Virus record (IMG/VR): IMGVR_UViG_3300017991_000002
Span: 124,001-188,000 of that record
Direction: 5' to 3' (one strand)
DNA: 64,000 bases
Within the stretch, counting starts at the first letter, position 1. Every line of letters begins with the position of its first letter. A program made the position numbers and the translations under genes. Below are positions 8,051 to 17,300 of this stretch, piece after piece. The notes below the pieces were generated by a model, which made no database searches, had not been told where the DNA came from, and worked only from the letters and a program-made list of their open reading frames with translations.

Positions 8051-8321
8051 GACAAGAAGACCAGTCTTTTATACCATAAAAAAGAGTGAATTCTTGTTTG
8101 AAGAGATGAATCGTATAGGGCTGAAGTTGAAGAATATGAGGGATATGGTTACATCGGACAGAAGAATATCGAAAAGAGAATGGGAGGAGTTTATACTGAA
8201 TTCTGCAGAGTCTCAGAAGATGATAAAGGATTGGACAAAATGTGTGGCTGTTTTGAAAGAGACCATAAATGATCAGAGAATAAAACCAAATAAAGAGGAG
8301 ATTGAGAGTGATGATATTTGA
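8043..8321 (+). CDS. Hypothetical protein
   Basis: 92-aa ORF with GAGGAG SD, overlapping both neighbours. Confidence 0.7.
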   Translation: MVKTRRPVFYTIKKSEFLFEEMNRIGLKLKNMRDMVTSDRRISKREWEEFILNSAESQKMIKDWTKCVAVLKETINDQRIKPNKEEIESDDI

Positions 8322-8547
8322 CCTGGAAAGACTTGAAGATAAGTGGTGTCCATACATCAGAATCACTGTGCTCGAGGATGGGAGATTTTTGTCTAATAGG
8401 GGAGAGATAGCACACCCTGAGGAGTCAAAAACACTCTGCCAATGCATAGGACCAAAATGTATACTCTGGGAATGGGATGTAGTGAATAAATCCGGGTACT
8501 GTTCAGGGTGTAAGGATGATGAAATGATTTCAAGGGATTACTCATGA
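8311..8547 (+). CDS. Cys-rich hypothetical protein
   Basis: WCPY...CQCIGPKCILWEW...GYCSGC; ATG 8311 follows GAGGAG. Confidence 0.6.
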   Translation: MIFDLERLEDKWCPYIRITVLEDGRFLSNRGEIAHPEESKTLCQCIGPKCILWEWDVVNKSGYCSGCKDDEMISRDYS

Positions 8548-8740
8548 ATTCCGATCACGAAGCCAACACCAATATTTGTATTGTAGAGCTATCCTTCATC
8601 GATGGGTTATTTTTTGATTTATTGTCCTTCTGCATCGGGGGAATGTTCTATTCTATGCTTTGTGTTTCACTAACACTACACAGTATTTATTTGGAGGTCT
8701 TTGGAGTTACTTTGATAGACCTCTAAGAAAGGAAATAGGA

Positions 8741-9460
8741 ATGAAAATCTTAAAGAACGGAACAATCGTTACTGATCATCGACTTGACCGCATCCCAAGC
8801 TTCGATAGAGAGAGTAGGAAGTTCTGTATTACTTCCCGCCTCGAGACATCAGCTCCTATTCAAACAAAGATGTGGGAATTGGAACACTACCTGGATCAGG
8901 GACAGGAGGGGGCATGTGTAGGATTTGGTATTTCCCATGAGCTATTGGCCACGCCTAAAGACGCCCCTTATCCTTATGTCAATAACGAGTATGCAAAGGA
9001 ACAGATCTACTGGGAAGCACAGAAGATCGATCCTTGGCCAGGCGGTGCATACCCTGGAGCCAGCCCTTTTTATGAAGGCACTTCAGTCCTGGCTGGTGTT
9101 AAAATAGCCAAGAGCATTGGCTGGTTCGACTCATATTACTGGGCATTCTCCCTGAATGATCTGATGAAGGGAGTATCACAGGAAGGTCCAGCTGTCTTGG
9201 GAGTTAATTGGTATGAAGGTATGATGGATACCGATGCAGCCGGGTATATAAGGCCTACGGGCTCTTGCATAGGTGGTCACTGTATCTGTGCAATAGGGAT
9301 CAATAAAGAAGATGAATACTTTACCCTTCACAATTCCTGGGGGGACTGTTGGGGAGATGATGGTCGATGTCGTATATCCTTTGCTGATATGAGGAGACTC
9401 CTGAACGAGAATGGCGAGGCCTGCTTTTTTGTCGGCCGGCATGTAAAATTACCGAGGTGA
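8741..9460 (+). CDS. Papain-family (C1) cysteine peptidase
   Basis: DQGQEGACVGF (oxyanion Gln and catalytic Cys), GGHCI (His), HNSWG (Asn). Start at ATG 8741 after AAAGGA. Confidence 0.9.
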   Translation: MKILKNGTIVTDHRLDRIPSFDRESRKFCITSRLETSAPIQTKMWELEHYLDQGQEGACVGFGISHELLATPKDAPYPYVNNEYAKEQIYWEAQKIDPWPGGAYPGASPFYEGTSVLAGVKIAKSIGWFDSYYWAFSLNDLMKGVSQEGPAVLGVNWYEGMMDTDAAGYIRPTGSCIGGHCICAIGINKEDEYFTLHNSWGDCWGDDGRCRISFADMRRLLNENGEACFFVGRHVKLPR

Positions 9461-9463
9461 TAC

Positions 9464-9937
9464 ATGTCTGAGTATAAGAGACCTGGCACTTTAGCGGGAG
9501 AAACGGATAAATTGACCACAGGATGCGGCAATCTCTACGTTACCCTAAACAAAGACAAGGGAGGAATAAAAGAATGTTTCTGCGTCTTGGGGAGATCAGG
9601 AGGTTGCCCAGCAGCACAGACTGAAGCAATAGGCCGTCTTATATCCCTTATGCTAAAAGAAGGGGTTTCCAGAAAAGAAATTGCCCAACAGTTAAGAGGG
9701 ATACGTTGCCACAGTCCCCATACTGAGGAGGGTACTGAAGTTCTATCCTGTGCGGATGCTATAGGAATTGCTATGGCCAGAAGATCTGGAATGGCTGTTC
9801 AGGTCGAAAAGGAAATGACATCCGAGAAAAAAGATATCGAGCCATCTAGGGGGGCTTGTCCTGACTGTGGCTCCGCCGTGGTGTATCAGGAAGGTTGTTT
9901 AAAGTGTATGTGTTGTGGCTATAGTGAGTGCGGATAG
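9464..9937 (+). CDS. Stand-alone TSCPD-domain protein (NrdJb-like C-terminal part of class II ribonucleotide reductase)
   Basis: TGCGNLYVTLN, GRSGGC..AQTEAIGRLISL.L, QLRGIRC, LSCADAIG, and a C-terminal Zn ribbon CPDCG...EGCLKCMCCGYSEC. Confidence 0.85.
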   Translation: MSEYKRPGTLAGETDKLTTGCGNLYVTLNKDKGGIKECFCVLGRSGGCPAAQTEAIGRLISLMLKEGVSRKEIAQQLRGIRCHSPHTEEGTEVLSCADAIGIAMARRSGMAVQVEKEMTSEKKDIEPSRGACPDCGSAVVYQEGCLKCMCCGYSECG

Positions 9938-9950
9938 GAAGGGGTATGTT

Positions 9951-10178
9951 ATGAGAATTGAAAGGGAGAAAGGGTCTAATTGCAAAGGTATAATGGGATT
10001 ATTATTCGGCCATAACTTTGTCCCCTGCTATAACAGAACAATAATTCCTCCATCTCTTCACGGAGCCCGTCTTGAAGGGAGTATCAAGGAAATGATTAAA
10101 GCTCTCTCTAAAGTGGAGGAGAGATATGTTCACAGTATTTGCAGAAGGTGCGGGAAGGTAATTAATGAGAAGGGTTAA
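9951..10178 (+). CDS. Hypothetical protein with C..GH / CRRCG motifs
   Basis: In frame with track ORF 9915..10178; start revised using the GGAAGGGG SD. Confidence 0.55.
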   Translation: MRIEREKGSNCKGIMGLLFGHNFVPCYNRTIIPPSLHGARLEGSIKEMIKALSKVEERYVHSICRRCGKVINEKG

Positions 10179-10179
10179 G

Positions 10180-10401
10180 ATGAAGACTTCTACATTATTA
10201 TGTGATAGCGTAAACCCTTACGATCCAGATATCCATTGCGATAGACCTCTCGGTCATGATGGATTTCATAGAAGCGGGTTTGCACGATGGGGAAGTAGAG
10301 GATCGGGGGATAACCATATACCGAGCATATGTGACTACAATCATTATAGAGATTACGATCACTCAGTGTTAGGAGGCATGCATGAGATCAAGAAGAACTG
10401 A
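10180..10401 (+). CDS. Small His/Cys-rich hypothetical protein
   Basis: In frame with track ORF 10165..10401; contains HCDRPLGHDGFH. Confidence 0.5.
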   Translation: MKTSTLLCDSVNPYDPDIHCDRPLGHDGFHRSGFARWGSRGSGDNHIPSICDYNHYRDYDHSVLGGMHEIKKN

Positions 10402-10732
10402 TTTGGATCTTTCAACGGTTCAGTTTAAGACGAGTATCAACCTTAGTATCATTAAGGAAACTGAGGAGGCGTGCAGGGGCATTACTACTGACCACGAAAA
10501 GGAGGAAAGGCTGAGCAAGCCTGAGTGCCGTACGTGCCACTACATCAGGAGATCCAGGATAGGCGGAGCTGCAATGACCCAGGCATTATGTTCCTTCTGT
10601 GGAACAGAAATGATGTTTAGTAATACCTGTGTTGATGTCCTTTGTCCAGACTGTGCAAAGAAGCACGAATTGTGTAAACATTGTGGAGGCGACCTGAGGG
10701 ATAGAATGAGAAGGAAGCTGGAAAGAAGGTAA
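10382..10732 (+). CDS. Multi-CxxC zinc-finger protein
   Basis: CRTC, CSFC, CPDC and CKHC motifs; AGGAGG SD. Confidence 0.7.
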   Translation: MRSRRTDLDLSTVQFKTSINLSIIKETEEACRGITTDHEKEERLSKPECRTCHYIRRSRIGGAAMTQALCSFCGTEMMFSNTCVDVLCPDCAKKHELCKHCGGDLRDRMRRKLERR

Positions 10733-10737
10733 TCATC

Positions 10738-11736
10738 ATGCAAGACCCTGCATTCAATTATGAAATAATGATCAATGATCCTGTACGATTGCTTATACTT
10801 GAAAGTATTAAGAAGATTACCAGTGATCCTGTAGAGGTTAGAAGAAATTCGGCAGTTATTCATTACAGCAGGATACCCGAAATAGTGTCAGTTATCTGCC
10901 CTTTCGGTGAAGATCAATTTCAGATAGCCTCTGCCGCTCATGCTTTTCCAGCCATCTCCACAAGAATGGGTACGATTCCAGTACATTATGACACATATCA
11001 CAACCGGGCTATTCACGATATGAGCTTTGACTCCCTGGCAAAGGAAATTGCCTTTCAGATCGATAAGAGGTGTTTGGATCTTATGGAGGATTCTGCATGT
11101 TTTAGAAGGCACTGTCCTATGGAAATAATCCTTGATAACGATACCAATCGCCGATATTTTCTTGAGGGGTATCTTGAGGACACTTTATTTGAGGTCATCA
11201 GTCGTGTAATACAGCAAAGCAGTTATCCCTCAACATTCATGGTTACTGGAGATGCCATAGCAAGGATGTTGAGACATTCTAACCACTTCATGGATTCCAG
11301 TATAACTGAAGGCCCGCCCTCTAGGTCAGAGGGGTATATTCGACACTTCGGGAATTTAGGGAATTGTACTGTATATTCAAGCCCCTTGAGGACGAATGGA
11401 ACTACTTTGATCGGGTCTTTAAGTCCACATAGTTGTCGCCAAGGAGACAGATCATTTGACTGCGGTTTCGTTTATGCTCCATATCTTCCGTTGTCATCGG
11501 TACCAGTATCCATTCCGGCCAATGCTTGGATGGAAATATCGTCACTACGACCCAGAGGGATAGAAAGTCGATACGGAGCGGTTGTTGTTAACCCAAACTT
11601 CTATGCTACCCTTCACTTCGATGTCCGTAACTCAGAAGAGCTTTTATCTGTACCGTCTACAAAACCACCTTACTATCCTAAACCAACCAAGATAGAGTAT
11701 AAAAGAAAGTTAAAGGTGATAAGAAGCAATGGTTAA
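10738..11736 (+). CDS. Diverged T4 gp23/gp24-like capsid-fold paralogue
   Basis: EIAFQIDKRCLDLM and GFVYAPYLPL...GIESRYGAVVVNPNFY align by eye with EELKFEIDREIIRDL and GYIYAPYIPL...ALGTQYGKKVVWDKFY in this window's major capsid protein. Confidence 0.75.
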   Translation: MQDPAFNYEIMINDPVRLLILESIKKITSDPVEVRRNSAVIHYSRIPEIVSVICPFGEDQFQIASAAHAFPAISTRMGTIPVHYDTYHNRAIHDMSFDSLAKEIAFQIDKRCLDLMEDSACFRRHCPMEIILDNDTNRRYFLEGYLEDTLFEVISRVIQQSSYPSTFMVTGDAIARMLRHSNHFMDSSITEGPPSRSEGYIRHFGNLGNCTVYSSPLRTNGTTLIGSLSPHSCRQGDRSFDCGFVYAPYLPLSSVPVSIPANAWMEISSLRPRGIESRYGAVVVNPNFYATLHFDVRNSEELLSVPSTKPPYYPKPTKIEYKRKLKVIRSNG

Positions 11737-12187
11737 TGAACATCGTCCCATAAGGATTCTTGTTGAGGAATGGAACGGCTTCTTATCAGTACTGACTCTT
11801 GAGCACTTGAGCACTGATCAATTTGAGGGGAGAGCTGTCGAGATAATAGATGGATCCGAGCTTTGCCATCGGGGAGGGTGTGAGTGGTGCGACAGGCTTA
11901 GGTATCTTTCTGAAGATAGATTTACATTAGTGTGCAGGGGATGCGGAAAGGTTCTTGATCAGGATAATGACGATTATATAGCCTTCAAAGGAAATGTTAC
12001 AAGAGGATGGACAGGTGGTATCATAGGTCCCAACCTTACCCAACAAAACAGACTGAAGAACGTATCTGTATGGTGCATGGACTGTCGCCTTGTTCTCCTG
12101 AACTACCTTGGCGATATGTTCGAATTGAACGCCCCTCCTCTTAAAAAACCATCCTATCAGTTTAAAAGAAAATTGAGGATTGTATGA
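11729..12187 (+). CDS. Zinc-ribbon hypothetical protein
   Basis: CEWC, CRGC and CMDC motifs; coupled to its neighbours. Confidence 0.65.
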   Translation: MVNEHRPIRILVEEWNGFLSVLTLEHLSTDQFEGRAVEIIDGSELCHRGGCEWCDRLRYLSEDRFTLVCRGCGKVLDQDNDDYIAFKGNVTRGWTGGIIGPNLTQQNRLKNVSVWCMDCRLVLLNYLGDMFELNAPPLKKPSYQFKRKLRIV

Positions 12188-12495
12188 GTCTCGAAGAACT
12201 AAAGTGTCCTGATCTCTTGCCCTGCCCATTCTGTGGGGGTGAGGCTTTTCTGTTAAAAGGACACGTAATTGTAATTCCAGGAATAAGCTATATGCTGTGG
12301 GGAGTCGGGTGTAATAATGGTACCGAACTTTGCTACTGTCTCCCCGATAAGAACCTCTTAATGTGGGGAACTCAAGAAGAAGCAATAAGCGCATGGAATA
12401 AGAGAAGTATCATAGGCAACGAAAAGTCCGACACTGCCTCCAGAAAGCTAATCCCTGATAAAGACAGGAAGAGAAAGATCAGGATTCCTTCCTAA
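12184..12495 (+). CDS. Lar-family restriction alleviation-like protein
   Basis: LLPCPFCGGEA ... GC...C ... EEAISAWNKR signature. Confidence 0.75.
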   Translation: MSLEELKCPDLLPCPFCGGEAFLLKGHVIVIPGISYMLWGVGCNNGTELCYCLPDKNLLMWGTQEEAISAWNKRSIIGNEKSDTASRKLIPDKDRKRKIRIPS

Positions 12496-14033
12496 TACTT
12501 ATATCTCACCGAAAACTGGTCTCCAAGCTCTATATCAACCCCTGCCGTTAGGTTAATGTTCGTCCCCGCTACTGTATAGTCGTAGGATGCTCCCTTTGTC
12601 AGTGTAACCCCGTTCAGAATAACATATTCAGTCGTATTGATCGGTGTATTTGACAATGTCAATGTTCTGGAACTGATGATCCCTGCATTAACAATAAATA
12701 TCTCCGTACCTATCGTATCCAATCCTGGATCGGTCTGATATTTGGCGTGGATCTTTGCTCCGAGGATCAAACTTACCCCGGATTCGAACCTTACGCGGTA
12801 AGCAGGATCCCCGCCGCCACCAACAGCATAATCATACAAGAATGCTCCGTCATTTTTGGTCAAGCATACACCGTTCATGTAGATGAACTCAGAGCTCAGG
12901 ACTGGAGTGCTTGACAGATCGAAATACCCATTTGTTATGAGGGTGGAATCGACGATGAAAACATCCTCCGCCATCGGCGTTGTGAATAAGCCCTCAATTA
13001 TATCATATTGGGATCCTGTTGAGTCAACATACATCAAATGATCAGTCGCTGTTTTGACATAAATCTGGGGTCTTTCAGAGGGAGAGTACACCTCATCGGT
13101 CTGCGGGACAAACCCGTACATTTTTGAGTCAAGGACACTGTCCGGACTGATTTTATTTGCCGAAACATCCCCCAATGAAGACACTATGAACACGTCAGCG
13201 CTCGTCGAGTCCTTCACAACGAAAGAGTTGGCCCCCGCTGCATCCCCAAGGGTAGCCCGGACATCCTGTGCAGATGTAGCCAATATATGCCCAGACGATA
13301 ACGTTTGCAGCTCTAGGTTACCGGACTCCGATGCAATGACCCTTGTCCCTCCTGTCAATTTTATTGAGGGGTCCGCCGCCACCGCCGAATTGTAAACTGT
13401 CAAAGGAATACCACTCGTAAACTCTTGAGAGATCAACAGAATATCCCGAGCACTTGGGGAAGCTGGAGCTCTGAACGTGATTTCCTTCCCGGCATCAACA
13501 GTGATTATATTACCGGCCGGGGGGCCTGCTTTGTCATAGGCACCTTGAAGATTATTACCACCTGCCGTGGGAGGGACTGCATGAGCTGCCTGATTGACCG
13601 CATCGATGGCATCGGCAATTTTTGTTGTTGCCGTGATGACGCCATGAGCAGTGACCCCGTCGTCCCAATTTTCATCAGAAGGTAATCCAACCTCCGACTG
13701 GGCAGGATATACCCAGCCGGAGAACCCGAACATAACTTTAATCGCTCCCGATTGCGGGGAGGAAAAATTGACCGTAATCTGGTTCGCACTGTCTATGGTC
13801 ATGGAGGTTGGATAGATCTGAGTAGGAGGCGTTCCATTGTCAACACAGAGGTAGGTGAAAATCTCGGTATTGAGACCATGATTCACCACCCACGTCGCTT
13901 GACTTGTGAAGGACTCCTCATATCCTGAATTAATCGATTCACTAACCAACGTCCGCAGCCAGTTATCGTTATAGTTTGACTTGTCCGCCCCATCTTTCAG
14001 GAAATCGAGCTCTTCTATCAATCTTATACTCAT
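12492..14033 (-). CDS. Tail fibre/appendage protein
   Basis: 513 aa. TWVVNHGLN...ITVNFSSPQSG domain and two C-terminal Ig-like repeats (NGV.LTK...YDY.V); last gene of the baseplate block. Confidence 0.6.
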   Translation of the reverse strand: MSIRLIEELDFLKDGADKSNYNDNWLRTLVSESINSGYEESFTSQATWVVNHGLNTEIFTYLCVDNGTPPTQIYPTSMTIDSANQITVNFSSPQSGAIKVMFGFSGWVYPAQSEVGLPSDENWDDGVTAHGVITATTKIADAIDAVNQAAHAVPPTAGGNNLQGAYDKAGPPAGNIITVDAGKEITFRAPASPSARDILLISQEFTSGIPLTVYNSAVAADPSIKLTGGTRVIASESGNLELQTLSSGHILATSAQDVRATLGDAAGANSFVVKDSTSADVFIVSSLGDVSANKISPDSVLDSKMYGFVPQTDEVYSPSERPQIYVKTATDHLMYVDSTGSQYDIIEGLFTTPMAEDVFIVDSTLITNGYFDLSSTPVLSSEFIYMNGVCLTKNDGAFLYDYAVGGGGDPAYRVRFESGVSLILGAKIHAKYQTDPGLDTIGTEIFIVNAGIISSRTLTLSNTPINTTEYVILNGVTLTKGASYDYTVAGTNINLTAGVDIELGDQFSVRYKY

Positions 14034-14044
14034 TATATCGCCTC

Positions 14045-14335
14045 CTACAGATTCAGAAATTCCAGCGTCTCTTCAGATAAGGAAGCTTTTCCTTTCTTGG
14101 TTAATGCCTCGGCAATATCCTTTAAGGCAGATATAGCAGAAGCCACATCACTTTCCAAGGCATTAATCTTTTTTTCCAGAGCAGCCATATTTCCTGCTAC
14201 TTGTCCAGCATCTTTAGGCGCCGCTGTTCCTTTAAGTCTAGAGATCTCCCGCTGGATTTTCACCATCTCCCGTCTCACTTGTTTTTTGATACTGCCTTCC
14301 TTCGGCTTTGAAAAAATCTTCAACCCTGTCCTCAT
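14045..14335 (-). CDS. Small coiled-coil protein
   Basis: 96 aa with heptad-like helices; AGGAG SD. Confidence 0.65.
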   Translation of the reverse strand: MRTGLKIFSKPKEGSIKKQVRREMVKIQREISRLKGTAAPKDAGQVAGNMAALEKKINALESDVASAISALKDIAEALTKKGKASLSEETLEFLNL

Positions 14336-14347
14336 AATCTATCTCCT

Positions 14348-17300
14348 TTATATCGACTTAAAGGCATTGGTAAACTCTTTGACATATGGGGTGTTATACT
14401 CGTAGCCTAGGCTATTTGCCAGCCTGATTCGTGCCCTGAAGTAATCAACGTCGTAAAGAGCTGTGTTGACTGACGGCGGAGTCTCTGCTGCGATATACGA
14501 CCCATCGATAACATGCTGGGCAGGCAGTCCGGTTTCATAGTCCGAAAGAGCCACCCACGTGGCAGTCTTGGCTAATGCCCAACTGGTTCCTTGTGCTCCG
14601 TAGATACGATAACCGGTTGTCTTCGCTCTTGGGTTCCATGTAGACCCCGTCAAGTTCTTATCAAAGGTAAGGACAATGGTTCTATTGGAGACATCGAGTG
14701 TAATAGGACCAATAGCCTCATCCCCCGTTAAGCCACCCTCAACCGTTGTCTCTCCATCCTCGTTGGTCGCGACCACACGAATATACCAAGGAGCAGTCAA
14801 GTAATCAAGTGTTCCACCAGCACTGATCGCAAAGTCGATCGACCCTGGATACTTCCTCTTATCGGTAACCGGGGTAGCTACTGTGCTTATCTCCCCTGCT
14901 GCCATTTCGAGGGTGCCAGCTCCCCATGCCGTTCCTGACCCGCCAAAATTTCGAAGCCTGATAGAACTGGCTGTCCCGCCATCAAGATTCCATCCCGTTG
15001 TTGGACTCAGAATCAATATCTTCGTTGTCGAGTAAGCATAAGCAACAGTTATGCCGAGCTGGGTATTGATTTCCGCGGCCAGTAGTGCAGTAGTAGCATA
15101 GGTTCCAGCCGTCATAGTCCCGGTATACTGAACACCGTCGACAAATACATCTAGGGTATCATTCACTCCGAGGGAGATTGTCACCGGGAATGCCGGGATG
15201 TCCCCCCCAAGCCTAAATGCAGCAGTTCCAATATCTGGCTCGTCAATATCAATATTGTAGTTGTATTCATACAGGTAATAGCCACTCGAAAGCTCTCTCT
15301 GATTTTCCAGGATATTTTCTACCCAATCGCCTCCCTCTTCCTGCTGGAAGAATACTCTTACTGAGGTTCCTGAAGGAGTATTTATCTTCGCCGTCTGTCG
15401 GACATTGTTATACTCAATACTTGTTACCGGCTGAGAGATGTAGTCTCCTTCTGTATCGAGGATCCTCGTATGGGCAAATACAGAGTCTACAGATATCAGA
15501 GGGCTTATTCGTGGATTATCCGTATAGATCTTCGCTCGTATTTGGAGTTGTGTCCTGTACCGGGGGGTTCCTCCCGACGTCGGACCTCCTGCATCTATCA
15601 CAACGAACGGAAAACACGGAAACCATGTTGTTCCGGCATCATATGAATACTCCCATTCGATCCTACCGCCCACCGGCGTCAGCCAATCAACGGCCAGCAC
15701 GAATCTGGTGTAGCTAACGGCCAGATTGTTCCAAAGGACAATTCCCGAAGGGGTACTTGTTCCTTGAGCATCAAATTGGGCACCGTAGATTTTGAACTTG
15801 AGGTCTGACTTCTGCTCTGTTGTCCAGGAGGAATTATTGCTTGATGTGAAAAGGACTCCAACCGAATAAGGCTGATTTGCTACGAGTTCTCCGGAGACGA
15901 GATCGAGTTCTCCTAATGTACCGATGGTCATATTATACTCATTCGTATCTGACATCAGGACAATGCAGTATTCAGTAAAAGCTTCCAGGTATACGGGGGA
16001 GTTAAAATAGGCTTTGAATTCTATATCCCCGTAAACAGGGTCAACATCCGTTCCTATATCGGAAGGCTTAACTATAATCTCACCGAATGACTGAGGACCA
16101 GGAAAGCCATTGATAACTTCCCTGATCTGTATGGTTACCGGATCAGAATCGGAGGCAGCTACCGTAGCAAAGTAAAGACCTATTCCTGTCATAACAACGT
16201 CATAGTCGAACGAGAAAGTCTGGGCAAGGGGATCCTGACCTCTTAGGACAATTCCACCTCGGTAGATTGTATCGATAATGGTTCTCTTCGTTCCAGAAGC
16301 TGTGAAGTTAACGTTCCCAATCGGTTGCCCGGGACTATCACCATCCCATGCTTCAACCGTCCTTGTTCCCGTCCTAACCGCAAATTTTGTCGGGGGTGAA
16401 GGGATCAGAAACTGAGCAGTCCATTCTCCATTAGCGTCTGCCATTACCCGGGTACCGCCCGGTGCCGGCCAAGCTCCGCCGTGGGGACCGCCGCCTACCT
16501 GGTTATAAAGATCAACTTCTTGACCGTCGAACGTGATATAGATATTGTCCATTAAAGGCTGAAACGACTTCCCTTCAATATTGATCTCTATTTCCCTCAT
16601 GTAGGTAATAGCCTCATCGATAATTTCTCTGGAGGTAGAGTATGTTACCCTTTCAGTAACAGCCTGATCCTGACCTTCCCAAAAATTATTGTTCTCCTCC
16701 CAACCGGTTCTCCACAACTCTTGCAGAATCTGAATCTCCTCCTCGGTCACCCAAGCAGGTATATCATGCCAGACATTTATCCAGCGTGTCTCCATGGGAA
16801 GTTCTTGTATCTGGCTTATTTGGGTTATATCGATCCAATTATCCGACTGTGGGTCCAAAAATAATCGTGCATCCCTGTCATAAACAGCATAGGGATTGAT
16901 ATTTAAAAACCCAGTTCCGTATCTCTGTTGCAGTAGGATAACCTCAGGCTCGGCCCCGTCAAGTGGAGCAGAGATGAGATGGCCACCATTAATGAGATCA
17001 TATGTCGAACTTCCATCAATACCGACAGTCATTAAGTCATTCTCTGTTTCCGTATAAGGTAACAGCAGTTCTCTGGTTAGGTGATCCATACAGGCCGAGA
17101 ATTGAAAACCTCCAGAGTTATAGGTCAGATCGGCCAATTGGAAACCGAGAAATGCATCAGACAAGATTCCCGCCAATTCATCCGGATTTGTTCCGGAAGC
17201 TGCTTGCTCATCCATCAGCGCCAGGGCCGTATTATACTCGAGCTCATTTACCCTGTCCCTCATTTTATTTATCTGGGACATAGTAAGCCGCTGGTTCCTA

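Noticed and set aside
8544-8740. 60-aa ORF 8544..8726 and the 27-aa upstream extension of the peptidase ORF
   Set aside because: Neither has a clear SD. The peptidase has a good SD at 8741. The 60-aa ORF is left uncalled.
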